From Candidatus Caldarchaeales archaeon (GTDB lineage: Archaea > Thermoproteota > Nitrososphaeria_A > Caldarchaeales > Calditenuaceae), in contig JBCNVM010000001.1 of assembly GCA_039630085.1 (NCBI GenBank), positions 96,001 through 160,000 of the forward strand: a stretch of 64,000 nt of DNA, read 5' to 3'. Numbering within the stretch: the stretch's first letter is position 1; every line of letters starts with the position of its first letter. The notes below the pieces were generated by a model that saw only the letters and a list, made by a program, of their open reading frames with translations, made no database searches and was not told the origin of the DNA. Both the position numbers and the translations under genes were made by a program. This document shows, piece by piece, positions 46,310-56,598 of the stretch.

Positions 46310-47254
46310 TTGAACGAGCTGAGGCCCTCCGACGACCTGCGCGAGCTCCTCTCGCGGATACCGGACCTCGAGCTGGAGGAGTTCGTCGAGGCATCTGTCA
46401 GGCCGCTTCCCGAGGCCTTCAGGGTGAACACGCTCAAGATGGGCGAGGACCGGTGCGTCGGGCTACTCCGTGAGATGGGGTGGAGGCTCGAGAGGGTCCC
46501 GTGGGCGAGGCACGCATACAGGCTGATCGAGTGCGAGGAGGGTGAGCCCGGGGGGACGCTGGCCCACAGCCTCGGCCTGATCTACCTCCAGGGCCCCATC
46601 TCGATGGTCCCTGCGGAGGCCCTCGACCCGAGGCCCGGCGAGAAGGTCCTGGACCTCTGCGCGGCTCCGGGGAGCAAGTCGACCCAGATCGCGCAGCTGA
46701 TGGAGAACAGGGGGGTGCTGGTGGCCAACGACGCCTCCTCCGAGAGGATTAAGCCGCTGATCGCGAACCTGCAGAGGTGGGGGGTCTACAACTGCGTGGT
46801 CACCCTCAAGGACGGCAGGTTCTTCGGGAAGAGGGCGAGGGGCCTCTTCGAGAGGACGCTCTGCGACGTCCCCTGCAGCTCGTTGGGCGTTGTGATGAAG
46901 GACTGGTCGGCCGCGAGGACCTACTCCCACGGCAGGTCCGAGAGGCTCGCGAGGCTCCAGCTCTCCCTGCTCCTCGCGGCTTACGACGCGACCGCGCCCG
47001 GAGGCCTCACAGTCTACTCCACCTGTACGGTCCACCCGCTGGAGAACGAGGCGGTCGTCTCGGAGTTCCTCTCGCTGAGGGGGGACGCGGAGGTGGTCGA
47101 GTTCAGGCTCGAGGGCCTGAAGGGGCGGAGGCCGCTGGAGGAGTGGGAGGGCAGGAGGTTCGACCCGATGGTCTCGAGGTGCTTCAAGTGTTACCCGCAG
47201 GACAACGGCGCCGAGGGCTTCTTCGTCGCGCTGATCAGGAAGGGAAGCGGATGA
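46310..47254 (+). CDS. RsmB/NOP2-family RNA m5C methyltransferase
   Basis: RVNTLK, VLDLCAAPGSK, DVPCS, YSTCT..P.ENE, EGFF.A. Confidence 0.92.
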   Translation: MNELRPSDDLRELLSRIPDLELEEFVEASVRPLPEAFRVNTLKMGEDRCVGLLREMGWRLERVPWARHAYRLIECEEGEPGGTLAHSLGLIYLQGPISMVPAEALDPRPGEKVLDLCAAPGSKSTQIAQLMENRGVLVANDASSERIKPLIANLQRWGVYNCVVTLKDGRFFGKRARGLFERTLCDVPCSSLGVVMKDWSAARTYSHGRSERLARLQLSLLLAAYDATAPGGLTVYSTCTVHPLENEAVVSEFLSLRGDAEVVEFRLEGLKGRRPLEEWEGRRFDPMVSRCFKCYPQDNGAEGFFVALIRKGSG

Positions 47255-47724
47255 GGGCCGAAGTTCTCGACAGGTCCCAGCGGAAGAGGGTCGAGGAGGC
47301 GCTTAGGGCGGAGTTCGGGGTGGAGGAGGGCCTCGCCGAGGAGCTCGTCGTCCTCTCCAGCTCTGAAGGGAGGGTCAGGGTCGCGACACCCGAGGCGCTC
47401 GAGGTGGCCAGGTCTCTAGGGAGGTTCGAGAGCGTGGGGCTCTACGTCCTGAAGCTGACGAAGTTCGGCGCCTACCTCTCCCTCGAGGGCTCCCAGCTGC
47501 TGGGGGACAGGATCAGGAGGAACGTCGTCGAGGTCGGGAGGGACCAGCTGAGGGCCTGGATGAGGGGCGATCCGATCCCTCTCGAGTCCGTGAAGGGCCC
47601 TGTCGAGGGGCAGTTCGCGGTCGTGAGGTGGGGCGACGTCTACGCGGGGAGCGGGAAGGTCTCGAGGGACGGGAGGATCCACCCGCAAATACCTAAGCAC
47701 AGGAGGCTGCTTGGGGTTGAGTGA
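47251..47724 (+). CDS. NIP7/RsmF C-terminal-like PUA accessory protein
   Basis: From ATG 47251: GLY......LSLEGSQLLG...RNVVE....WMRG..I, GSGK, IPK.RR; coupled to the m5C MTase. Confidence 0.7.
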   Translation: MRAEVLDRSQRKRVEEALRAEFGVEEGLAEELVVLSSSEGRVRVATPEALEVARSLGRFESVGLYVLKLTKFGAYLSLEGSQLLGDRIRRNVVEVGRDQLRAWMRGDPIPLESVKGPVEGQFAVVRWGDVYAGSGKVSRDGRIHPQIPKHRRLLGVE

Positions 47725-48484
47725 GGGGACGGCCCTCGGCGAGGAGATCCTGAGGAGGCTAAGGTCCGCGCACGGCATCGACTCGCGGGAGTTCGTCTCG
47801 AAGTTCGTCGCCTCGGTCACCGGCTCGCCCTTCAGGGCGCTGGTCGCGACGATCCTCTCGCAGAACTCGACCGACAGGGCCGCGATCGGGGCCTACAGGT
47901 CTTTGGACGAGCTCGTGGGCGTTGACCCCTACAGGCTCGCGGCAACGGACCTCAGGCGCATCAGGAGGGCGATAAGGTCCGCAGGACTCGCGGAGACCAA
48001 GTCGAGGGCGATAAAGTCGCTGGCGGAGTACGCGTCCTCTTCCGGCGACCCGGACCTGAAGCACCTCCTCTCGCGGGGACCCGATGAGGCCCGCAGGGTC
48101 CTCACGTCTTTCAGGGGGATAGGCCCGAAGACCGCCGACGTCGTTCTGGCCACGTTCGGCGTATCCGACACGGTCCCGGTCGACACCCACGTGAGGAGGG
48201 TCGCCGCGAGGCTCGGCCTGGCCAGGGAGGGAGCGGGCTACGAGGAGGTGAGGAGGGCCCTGGACTCGACGTTCCCGCCCTCGACCCGCCACGAGGCCCA
48301 CCTCCTTCTGATCGCACACGGCCGCAGGGTGTGCAGGAGCAGGAGGCCGCTCTGCGAGGAGTGCGTCCTCGGAGACCTCTGCGCCTTCCGGTTGAAGGGG
48401 CTGAAGCGCGGACAGGGGTCGAAGGCCGGCCGACGCCGCGGCGAGGCGGGAGGACAGGTTAATCACCGGACCGCTTCGAGGTGA
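47711..48484 (+). CDS. nth: Endonuclease III
   Basis: PF..LVATILSQN, HhH GIGPKTAD, PVDTHV.RV, CRSRRPLCEECVLGDLC Fe-S motif. Confidence 0.92.
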   Translation: MGLSEGTALGEEILRRLRSAHGIDSREFVSKFVASVTGSPFRALVATILSQNSTDRAAIGAYRSLDELVGVDPYRLAATDLRRIRRAIRSAGLAETKSRAIKSLAEYASSSGDPDLKHLLSRGPDEARRVLTSFRGIGPKTADVVLATFGVSDTVPVDTHVRRVAARLGLAREGAGYEEVRRALDSTFPPSTRHEAHLLLIAHGRRVCRSRRPLCEECVLGDLCAFRLKGLKRGQGSKAGRRRGEAGGQVNHRTASR

Positions 48485-48488
48485 CGCG

Positions 48489-48680
48489 ATGCCGGAGGAG
48501 TCGGTGGAGCGGGAGGCCTTCGCGAGGATGATCGCCCTAATCGGTCCGGTCGAGGACCTGAAGTACCTGATCAGAGCGCTGGAGTGGCTGAGGTCCGCGG
48601 CGGAGAGGCTGGACCGGTACCTCGGGCCCGACGACCCCCTGCCGGTTCACGGGCAGGTGCCGAGGCATGGGAGTCCGTGA
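48489..48680 (+). CDS. Small hypothetical protein overlapping the amidase start
   Basis: 63 aa, host-like codons, D.P near the end; might be an amidase accessory subunit. Confidence 0.5.
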   Translation: MPEESVEREAFARMIALIGPVEDLKYLIRALEWLRSAAERLDRYLGPDDPLPVHGQVPRHGSP

Positions 48681-50037
48681 GCTGGGCTTAGTCGAGGCCG
48701 CGGCGCTCGTGAGGCGGGGCGATCTGGACCCCGAGGACCTCTACGGGGAGTGCCTCGAGGCGATCAGGAGGCTTAACGGAAGGCTCAGGGCCTTCGTCGC
48801 GGTCTTCGACCCCCCGCTGAGGTCGAAGGGGAGGCGAGGGCCGCTGGCCGGCGCTCCGGTCTCGGTCAAGGACCTCTTCCACGTTAGAGGACATCCGACT
48901 ACCGCGGGCTCGGTCGCCTTCAAGGACAACGTGGCAGGCTACAGCTCGACCGTCGTCGAGAGGGTCCTGAGGGCCTCCGGCGCGATAGTGGGGAAGACCA
49001 ACCTCCACGAGCTGACCTTCGGGATAACAGGCCACAACCCGCACTTCGGGACCGCGGTGAACCCCTGGAGCGAGGGGCGCGTCGCCGGCGGGTCGACGAG
49101 CGGTGGCGCGGTCTCGGTGGCTGCGGGGATGTGCCTGGCGGCGATCGGGACTGACACGGGCGGCTCGATAAGGGTGCCGGCGGCGCTCTGCGGCCTAGTC
49201 GGGTACAAGCCGAGCTACGGGCTGATCAGCAGGCACGGCGTCCTCCCGCTGAGCTGGACGCTCGACACGGTGGGCGTGATCGCGAAGTCGGTGGCTGACG
49301 CGGCCTTCCTCGCGTCGCTCCTGATCGGGCCCGACGGGAAAGACCTCAGCGTCTCCGTGCCCAAGGGCTTCGGGGTTTACCCCCTGAGGGGCCAGAGCCT
49401 GAGGAGGGCGAGGATCGGCGTTCCGAGGAGGTATTTCTGCGAGCTGCTCTCGGAGGACGTGAGGAGGTCCTTCGAGGGCCTCGTCTCCCGCCTCGATTCG
49501 GAGGGCGCCTCGGTCTCCGAGGTCGAGGTGTCGAACGTCGAGCTGATGAGCTCGGCTAGGAGCGTGATCACCCACGCGGAGGCGGCCGCGACCTACGGCA
49601 GGCTGCTGAAGGAGAGGCCCCACGACGTCGGTCAAGACCTCAAGGAGCGCCTGATCCAGGGCCTCTCGACGCCCGCGCCGCTCTACGTGAACGCCCTCAG
49701 GTCGATGCCCAAGCTGATCGGCGAGTTCAGGAGGGCCCTGAAGGGGCTCGACGCCCTGCTGCTCCCCACAACCGCTGTGACCGCTCCGAGGATCGACCAG
49801 AGCTCGGTCGAGGTCGACGGCCGAATCCTCGACGTGAGGGCCGCGCTCCTGAGGAACGTCGAGCCCTTCAACCTGGTCGGCGCTCCGGCGGTCTCGGTTC
49901 CCTGCGGCCTCTCGAGGGAAGGGCTCCCCATGGGCGTGCAGGTCGTCGGAGACGTCCACTCGGACCGCAGGCTGCTCTCTCTCGCGGCCTCGATTGAGCG
50001 CCTCACCGGTGGCGTGAAGCTGCCGGACGTCCCCTGA
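48667..50037 (+). CDS. Amidase signature family enzyme
   Basis: SVKD, GKTNLHE, GGSTSGG, GTDTGGSIRVPAA.CG..GYKP. Confidence 0.92.
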   Translation: MGVRELGLVEAAALVRRGDLDPEDLYGECLEAIRRLNGRLRAFVAVFDPPLRSKGRRGPLAGAPVSVKDLFHVRGHPTTAGSVAFKDNVAGYSSTVVERVLRASGAIVGKTNLHELTFGITGHNPHFGTAVNPWSEGRVAGGSTSGGAVSVAAGMCLAAIGTDTGGSIRVPAALCGLVGYKPSYGLISRHGVLPLSWTLDTVGVIAKSVADAAFLASLLIGPDGKDLSVSVPKGFGVYPLRGQSLRRARIGVPRRYFCELLSEDVRRSFEGLVSRLDSEGASVSEVEVSNVELMSSARSVITHAEAAATYGRLLKERPHDVGQDLKERLIQGLSTPAPLYVNALRSMPKLIGEFRRALKGLDALLLPTTAVTAPRIDQSSVEVDGRILDVRAALLRNVEPFNLVGAPAVSVPCGLSREGLPMGVQVVGDVHSDRRLLSLAASIERLTGGVKLPDVP

Positions 50038-50076
50038 CCCACCAGAGAGGGCCGCTCGGCGCTCTCCGGGGTGACG

Positions 50077-51399
50077 TCAGGCGGGCATAGGCTTGATAGC
50101 CCTGATCTCGAGCATCGCCTCGAGCACCCTCCGCGTCCTCTCGACGATGTCCCTGGCCCTGACCAGCTCGTCCTCGTAAGTGGTCGGGGACCTTGCGAGC
50201 CTCGAGTCAGAGAGCTGCCTGGCGACGGCCGCCGCGACCCTCGGGAAGACCTCCCACTCCTCCATCGTCGGGATGATGTACTCCTCGTGGGTTCCCTTCT
50301 CCTCGGCGCACTTCGCGAGCTCGACGGCCGCGGCTATCGCGGTGTCGTAAGTTATGCCCCTGGACCTGACGTCGAGGGCGCCCCTGAAGACCGCCGGGAA
50401 GACGAGGCTGTTGTTTACCTGGTTCGGGAAGTCGCTCCTGCCGGTCGCGACGATCGCCGCTCCGGCCTCCTTCGCCTCCCAGGGCCATATCTCCGGCACC
50501 GGGTTCGCCAGCGCGAAGACGACCGGGTCCTTGGCCATCGCCTTGACGTGCTCCTTCTTGACGATGCCGGGGCCGGGCCTCGAGGCTGCTATCAGGACGT
50601 CGGCGTCGACTACCGCCTCGTCCAGGCCTCCCTTCACCCTGTCCTTGTTGGTCTTGATCGCGAGCTCGTACTTCCACCTGTTCTTCAGCATCAGAGAGTC
50701 CACGTCGTCCCTCTCGGGGTGCAGCACGCCCTTGGTGTCGATGAGTATCATGTTCCCCGGGTTGAAGCCGTACCGCTCGAGGAGGAAGGCGGTCGCTATG
50801 TTCGCGGCTCCGGCGCCCAGTAGGACGATGCGGGTACCCTTGACGGGCCTGCCGGTGAGCTTGAGGGCGTTGATGAGCGCAGCCAGCGTCGACGCGGCCG
50901 TCCCGAGCTGGTCGTCGTGCCATACGGGGACCTCGAGCTCGGCCATCAGCCTCTCGAGGATGTAGAAGCACTCCGGGGAGGAGATGTCCTCGAGGTTGAA
51001 CCCTCCGAAGGCCGGCTCGAGTGACTTGACGATCTCGATGAACTTCTCGGGGGTCTCGGCCCTCACGGGCAGCGGGAACGCATCGACTCCTCCGAGGAAC
51101 TTGAAGATGAGCGCCTTCCCCTCCATCACGGGCAGGGAGGCTTCGGGCCCCACGTTGCCCAGTCCCAAAACCCTGCTGCCGTTGGTGATGACCGCTATCG
51201 TGTTCCAGCGGTTCGTCAGGTGGAAGGACTCGTCCTTGTTCCTCTCGATCGCCCTCGAGACCTCCGCGACCCCGGGCGTGTACCAGATCGCGAAGTCCTT
51301 CAGGGACCTGACGGGGACCTTGGGAATCGTCTCGACCTTCCCGCCGTAATACCTCGAGTACTTCACGGCCAGCTCGCCGAGGCTCTCCGTACCGCTCAA
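50077..51399 (-). CDS. NAD(P)-dependent malic enzyme
   Basis: YTPGVA, LGLGNVG, PVMEGKA, NLEDI, HDDQ.GT, GAGAA, ANPVPEI, TGRSDFPNQVNN. Confidence 0.94.
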   Translation of the reverse strand: MSGTESLGELAVKYSRYYGGKVETIPKVPVRSLKDFAIWYTPGVAEVSRAIERNKDESFHLTNRWNTIAVITNGSRVLGLGNVGPEASLPVMEGKALIFKFLGGVDAFPLPVRAETPEKFIEIVKSLEPAFGGFNLEDISSPECFYILERLMAELEVPVWHDDQLGTAASTLAALINALKLTGRPVKGTRIVLLGAGAANIATAFLLERYGFNPGNMILIDTKGVLHPERDDVDSLMLKNRWKYELAIKTNKDRVKGGLDEAVVDADVLIAASRPGPGIVKKEHVKAMAKDPVVFALANPVPEIWPWEAKEAGAAIVATGRSDFPNQVNNSLVFPAVFRGALDVRSRGITYDTAIAAAVELAKCAEEKGTHEEYIIPTMEEWEVFPRVAAAVARQLSDSRLARSPTTYEDELVRARDIVERTRRVLEAMLEIRAIKPMPA

Positions 51400-51537
51400 C
51401 CCCGACCCACTTAGAACCGCCTCGGATTATAAGTGTGAGGCTCGACTAGTTCGGCAATACTGACGTATGCTTTCGGGAAGCTCGACCGGGGCCGCCCGTG
51501 AGCGATTCATATCCGATCGGTCGGAGAGGGTAGAGGG

Positions 51538-52098
51538 TTGCCGTTATTCGACAGGCGGAGGAAGAGGCTCGAGAAGGTCGACAGGGTGGTTGCAGGCCTG
51601 TCGATCCTCAGGGACAGGCTCGACAGGAGGATCAGGGAGATGAACCGGCGACAGCGCCAGCTCTTCGAGCAGGTCGTCGCCGCGAAGTCGGAGGGCGACG
51701 ACGAGAGGGCCCTGATCTACGCGAGCGAGCTGAAGCAGTTGAGGGCGATGATGAACCTCACGATCAGGAACGAGCTGATTATAGAGGCGGTGATGAACAG
51801 GCTGAGCGCGGTCAGGGACCTGGAGGACCTCAGGAACTACGTCGCGCCGATAAGGTCCCTGGTCTCCTCGATCGCACCAGACGTCAGGGGGATCCTGCCG
51901 GAGGTCAGCGTCCACGTCCACAGGGTCCAGTCAGACCTCGAGGACCTCTCGCTGGAGATGGGGAGCGTCCCGAACGTGGTCCTCAGGCCCATCGAGCCCG
52001 ACGAGGAGGAGGTGCGGAGGATACTGGAGGAGGCGAGCGAGATCGCGAAGAGGAGGCTGAGGGACTCGACGCCGGAGCCGCCCTCAAGGGCCCTCTAG
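51538..52098 (+). CDS. ESCRT-III/Snf7 (CdvB-like) protein
   Basis: Helical hairpin LFEQVV.A...GD.ERA.IYA.EL..LR; C-terminal EEVRRILEEA...P. Confidence 0.8.
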   Translation: MPLFDRRRKRLEKVDRVVAGLSILRDRLDRRIREMNRRQRQLFEQVVAAKSEGDDERALIYASELKQLRAMMNLTIRNELIIEAVMNRLSAVRDLEDLRNYVAPIRSLVSSIAPDVRGILPEVSVHVHRVQSDLEDLSLEMGSVPNVVLRPIEPDEEEVRRILEEASEIAKRRLRDSTPEPPSRAL

Positions 52099-52565
52099 CC
52101 TATCCTTTCCAGAACCCGCTTGATCTCCTCGTAGTCGGGCTCCTTGAGCGGGTCCTCGGAGACCCAGGAGTACCTCACGACCCCCTGCCTGTCGAGGACG
52201 AAGACCGACCTCTTCGCCGCGGAGTACCCCTTCATCCCCGCGAAGTCCTCGTGGACCCCTCCGTACATCCTGGAGACCTGCCGGGCGTAGTCGGAGAGGA
52301 GCGGGTAGTTCAGGTTGTTGTACTGCGCGAAGGCCTTCAGGGCGAACGGGTCGTTGACGGAGATCCCGATCACAACCGCGTCGAGCTCGTTGAACCTGCT
52401 CATCCCGTCCCTGAAGGTGCACATCTCCTTGGTGCAGACCGACGTGAAGGCTCCCGGGAAGAAGGCCAGCACCACCTTCTTTCCCCTGAACTCGCTGAGC
52501 CTCCTCGGCTTCCTGTCCTGGTCGAGCAGCTCGAAGTCCGGCGCCTGCTCACCGACCTTGACCAT
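52095..52565 (-). CDS. Peroxiredoxin (AhpE/BCP-like)
   Basis: APDFEL, FFPGAFTSVCTKEMC, LLSD, KRSVFVLD. Confidence 0.92.
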   Translation of the reverse strand: MVKVGEQAPDFELLDQDRKPRRLSEFRGKKVVLAFFPGAFTSVCTKEMCTFRDGMSRFNELDAVVIGISVNDPFALKAFAQYNNLNYPLLSDYARQVSRMYGGVHEDFAGMKGYSAAKRSVFVLDRQGVVRYSWVSEDPLKEPDYEEIKRVLERIG

Positions 52566-52618
52566 GTCAACTCCCGCGGAGGCTCGCAGGATATAATTCT
52601 CACACGACGACTCGGACT

Positions 52619-53338
52619 TCAGCCCTTCAGTCCCAAGTAGAGCCTCCCGAGCTCCCTGCTCTCGAGGAGCTCCCTCGCGGGGCCGTCGAATACCAGCCTC
52701 CCGCTCACGAGGAGCTGCGCCCTGTCGCCGTACTCGAGGGCCCTGAGGGCGTTCTGCTCCACTAGGAGGACGGTGATGCCGTGTTCGTCCCTCAGCTCCG
52801 CTATCTTGTCGAGGACCATCTTCGCGACCTTCGGGGCCAGGTTCGCGGTGGGCTCGTCGAAGAGCATCACCTTCGGCCTCCTGACCAGCGCGACCGCCAT
52901 CGCGAGCATTTGCCGCTCGCCGCCGCTCAGGGTGCCGGCCCTCCTCTTCCAGTACCTCTCGAGGACCGGGAAAGAGGCCATCGCCTCCTCGATCCTCTCG
53001 CGGGCCTCCTCCCTGTCCAGACCGTAGGTCGCCATCATGAGGTTCTCCCTGACGGCGAGGTTCGCGAAGACGTTGTCGGTCTGCGGGAGGTATGCTATCC
53101 CGAGCCTCGCGACCTGGTGCGACGGCCTTCCCGTGATGTCGATGCCGTCGAAGATCACCTTCCCCGAGAAGACCTTCGTGAACCCGAAGATCGTCCTGAG
53201 GAGGGTGGACTTCCCGGAGCCGTTGGGGCCGACTATCGAGGTGATCAGCTTCGGGGAGTAGGAGGCGGTCACGCCGAAGAGGACGTGGAGTGGGCCGTAT
53301 CCGGCCTCGAGTTCCCTCAGCTCGATCATCTCACCCAC
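52619..53338 (-). CDS. livF: Branched-chain amino acid ABC ATPase
   Basis: GPNGSGKS, LSGGERQMLA, DEP, LVEQN. Confidence 0.9.
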   Translation of the reverse strand: MGEMIELRELEAGYGPLHVLFGVTASYSPKLITSIVGPNGSGKSTLLRTIFGFTKVFSGKVIFDGIDITGRPSHQVARLGIAYLPQTDNVFANLAVRENLMMATYGLDREEARERIEEAMASFPVLERYWKRRAGTLSGGERQMLAMAVALVRRPKVMLFDEPTANLAPKVAKMVLDKIAELRDEHGITVLLVEQNALRALEYGDRAQLLVSGRLVFDGPARELLESRELGRLYLGLKG

Positions 53339-54095
53339 CCAGGTAGGACTCGATCACCTTAGTGTCCGTGAGGACCTCCTCCGGCTTGCCCTCGGCGATG
53401 ACCTTGCCGTTGAACATCGCGTAGCACCAGTCGGCGTACTTCATCGCGATCTCCAGCCTGTGCTCCACGATCAGGAAGGTGACGCCCAGGCTCTCCTTGA
53501 TCCTGACGAGGTTCGCGAATATCTCCTCGGCCAACGCGGGGTTCACCCCAGCCGCCGGCTCGTCGAGGAGGAGGACCCGGGCTCCGCTCATGAGGGCCCT
53601 CGCGATCTCGAGGAGCTTCATCTGACCGCCGCTGAGCTTGAAGGCCTCGGCGTCCCACAGGTGGTCGAGCCTGACGAGGTTCAGTATCTCGTAGGCCCTC
53701 CTCACCGACTCCTCCTCGTGCCTGACCCAGGACCTCCTCCTGGTGATGAAGGAGAGGGGGCCCTCGCCCGGGTGGGAGCCGTCGGCGACGAGGACGTTCT
53801 CGAGCACGCTCATCCTCAGGAAGGGCTGGGGTATCTGCCAGGTCCTCAGGACGCCCAGCCTGTAGATCTCGTGCGGCTGAAGCCCCGTGATGTCCCGCTC
53901 GTTCAGTAGGATCCTGCCCGCATCCGGCTTGAGCACTCCGGAGATCACGTTGATGAGGGTCGTCTTGCCGGAGCCGTTGGGGCCCACCAGCAGGGACGTC
54001 GTCGCGGGCCTAACCTCCATGTCGACCCCGTCCAGCGCCCTCAGGCCTCCGAAGGTCTTCACCACGCCGATTACCCTAATGCCGGCTCCCCGCAT
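53331..54095 (-). CDS. livG: Branched-chain amino acid ABC ATPase
   Basis: FGGLRAL, GPNGSGKTT, LSGGQ.KLLE, LLDEPAAG.NP, EH, YLG. Confidence 0.9.
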   Translation of the reverse strand: MRGAGIRVIGVVKTFGGLRALDGVDMEVRPATTSLLVGPNGSGKTTLINVISGVLKPDAGRILLNERDITGLQPHEIYRLGVLRTWQIPQPFLRMSVLENVLVADGSHPGEGPLSFITRRRSWVRHEEESVRRAYEILNLVRLDHLWDAEAFKLSGGQMKLLEIARALMSGARVLLLDEPAAGVNPALAEEIFANLVRIKESLGVTFLIVEHRLEIAMKYADWCYAMFNGKVIAEGKPEEVLTDTKVIESYLGG

Positions 54096-54158
54096 GAGTT
54101 CCTCTGTTTTGACGATCGTGAAAATGGGGTAAAAATAGGTTCGCGCTTTAGGGATGGC

Positions 54159-55553
54159 TTACGGGGTGAAGCCCGGCGTCCAGCTGAACGCTCCGGTCGC
54201 GAAGCTGTACGTCCCGGCCTTGACCCAGTCGAACTTGTCTCCCACCCTCGACACGATCCATATGCCGTAGTCTGCACCTGCCAGGTCTCCTGCAGCGTTG
54301 AGGATCATGGGACCGACCGCGCCGTAATAGTTCCTCGCTACGCTCGGAAGGACCCTCCTTATCAGGTCTGCGTCAACCCTATCGACCTGCAACAGCGCGA
54401 GCGTGTACACCCAGAGCTGATCGTATGCGGCGTAAGCGTACGCGTCTGGTTCCCTGCCCAGCCTCTGCTTCACGTGGTTCGTTACGCGCTGAGTCTTATC
54501 GTTCTCGGCCGGCGCGAATATGGGGTTGAGCCACTTCACCCTTACGGCGAAGTCCCGTGCCTTCGGGTCCTGTAGTATCTCGGCCAGCTGAGCTGTTCCG
54601 TCGCTCCCGAACCACTTGACCCTCGCGAGCTCGGGGTAGTCCGCGGCCGTCGAGAGGAACGCCACGGCCTCACCGAACGCTACGTACTCGATCATTATCT
54701 TCTCGGGCGCGACGCCCTGTCCGGTCAGCTGTCTGACGGTCGCCACGAGCGAAGCCACCTCGGCTGAGAACTCCTTCTTCTCCGGCGCGTACCTTATCCC
54801 GCCGGTGCCCTCGCCGAAGACCCTGAGGCCGAGCTTCCTAGCCTCCTCGCTGGAGGTCCTGTAGAGGCCGTCGCCCCATGCGTCGCCCCTCCAGACGTAG
54901 ATGATGTGGGTCACTCCCAGCTCCTTCGCGAGCCTAGGACCTATCGGGCCTTGGATCGTGTCGTCGGGGCATCCCCTGAAGACGAAGTCGTCGGGGATCG
55001 CGAGGTCTGGCGCCGTCGAGGACTGGCTGAAGAGCAGCAGCTTGTTGGCGTCGACGTAGGACTTGATCCTCCTGATCTCGGCGCTGGTCTGGGGCCCGAT
55101 GTAAAGGACTATGCCCCTGGCGGCCAGGCTCTTCAGCTTCGCGTCCGCAGTCTCGGGCTTGGTCTCCGTGTCCTCGACGACGACCTTTATCGTGAAGCCG
55201 GCGCCCACCGACTTGAGGTATTCGTTGACTTCCCTCTCCGCCAGCTCGAGGGCGACCCTGCTGTTCTCTCCGAAGGAGGCGAGGTCGCCGGTCAGCGGGA
55301 GCAGCGCACCTATCTGGATCTCGCCCCTCAGCCCGGCCGGCGCGGTCACGGTTCGGACTTCGGTCCTTACCTCGGTCCTGACAGCGGTCATCGTCTGAAC
55401 CACCGTCCTGAACTCGGTCTTCGCCACCTCCCTCGGCGGCGTTACGGCCGGTCCTAGGGCGAAGGCGCCGACGACCAAGCCGACGATCAGCAGAGCGACG
55501 GCGAGCCCGGCAGCGGCACCCGTTGACATCCCGATGGACCTTGTCCTTCGCAT
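54159..55553 (-). CDS. Branched-chain amino acid ABC substrate-binding protein
   Basis: N-terminal TM anchor, Thr-rich linker, IGALLPLTG.L, GP.TS, AYD. Confidence 0.88.
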   Translation of the reverse strand: MRRTRSIGMSTGAAAGLAVALLIVGLVVGAFALGPAVTPPREVAKTEFRTVVQTMTAVRTEVRTEVRTVTAPAGLRGEIQIGALLPLTGDLASFGENSRVALELAEREVNEYLKSVGAGFTIKVVVEDTETKPETADAKLKSLAARGIVLYIGPQTSAEIRRIKSYVDANKLLLFSQSSTAPDLAIPDDFVFRGCPDDTIQGPIGPRLAKELGVTHIIYVWRGDAWGDGLYRTSSEEARKLGLRVFGEGTGGIRYAPEKKEFSAEVASLVATVRQLTGQGVAPEKIMIEYVAFGEAVAFLSTAADYPELARVKWFGSDGTAQLAEILQDPKARDFAVRVKWLNPIFAPAENDKTQRVTNHVKQRLGREPDAYAYAAYDQLWVYTLALLQVDRVDADLIRRVLPSVARNYYGAVGPMILNAAGDLAGADYGIWIVSRVGDKFDWVKAGTYSFATGAFSWTPGFTP

Positions 55554-55661
55554 TGCAGCAGTTCGACCACTTCGGCTGCATTTAAATTTTCATCAAAACT
55601 TTAAGGTCGATCGATTCTCGCTCACGGACCTTTATCTCGAGCCTCGCGGTGGATCTCATCC

Positions 55662-56594
55662 GTGCTGGACCCGCTGGCGAGGGACGCGGTGATCTACGCG
55701 AGCACGCTCTCGATGCTCAGCCTAGGCCTTACCCTCACGTACCTGACTACGAAGGTCCCCAACTTCGCCCACGGAAGCCTCGCGACGATAGGGTCCTACA
55801 CGCTCCTCACCTTCACCTCGGTCCTCCGCACGAACGCCTACTACTCGCTCCCCGCGGCCTTCGCCCTCTCCGGGGGCGCTGCGGCCGCCCTCTACCTCAT
55901 GGCCCTGAGGCCGCTGATCAGGAGGGGTGCGAGCTTCGTCCACCAGATGATCGCGACCATCGCCTTCGAGCTGGTCCTGCTCGCGTCCCTCAACATCTAC
56001 GCCGACGTGCTCACGAGGACGTTCAGGGTCACGTCGAGGGACGTCCTGCTCCGGAGGTTCGACGTCCAGATCGAGGGCGTCGGGCCGGGGGTCCTGCCGG
56101 CCTCTGTCCTGATGGTCGCGGTGACGCTGACCTCCCTCGTCCTGCTGCTCCACCGGACTAGGTTCGGGGTCGCGATGAGGGCGGCCATCGAGAACCCGAT
56201 GCTCGCGGGGTCGCTGGGGGTGAACGTCCAGCTCGTCTACCTATTCTCCTGGTTCCTCGCAGGGGGACTCGCGGGCGTCTCGGGCGTCCTTCTCGGACTC
56301 TGGTACCAGCAGGACCCGGCGTACGGGTCTAGGCTCCTCGTCAGCGTCTTCGCCTCGAGCATCCTCGGAGGCCTCTCCAGCATCTACGGCGCCGTCCTCG
56401 GCGGCTACGTGGTGGGCCTGGTGGAGGTCTACGGGATCTTCCTCGCGTCGCGGGTCTGGCCTTGGATTCTGCCCTACAGGATCGTCTTCCCGCTCCTCAT
56501 CATGAGCGTCACGCTGCTGGTCTTCCCGAGGGGGCTCGCGGGAGTTCAGCTCCCCTCGGCGCTGTTCAAGTTCAGGAGGGCGGAGGTGCGGTGA
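55662..56594 (+). CDS. livH: Branched-chain amino acid ABC permease
   Basis: GLTL.Y....PNFAHG, RT.FG.AMRA..EN, ILGG..S.YGA..GG, PRGL. Confidence 0.88.
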   Translation: MLDPLARDAVIYASTLSMLSLGLTLTYLTTKVPNFAHGSLATIGSYTLLTFTSVLRTNAYYSLPAAFALSGGAAAALYLMALRPLIRRGASFVHQMIATIAFELVLLASLNIYADVLTRTFRVTSRDVLLRRFDVQIEGVGPGVLPASVLMVAVTLTSLVLLLHRTRFGVAMRAAIENPMLAGSLGVNVQLVYLFSWFLAGGLAGVSGVLLGLWYQQDPAYGSRLLVSVFASSILGGLSSIYGAVLGGYVVGLVEVYGIFLASRVWPWILPYRIVFPLLIMSVTLLVFPRGLAGVQLPSALFKFRRAEVR

Positions 56595-56598
56595 GGCC

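Noticed and set aside
48667-50037. gatA assignment
   Set aside because: Generic amidase signature; GatA-specific features and neighbouring gatB are not evident.
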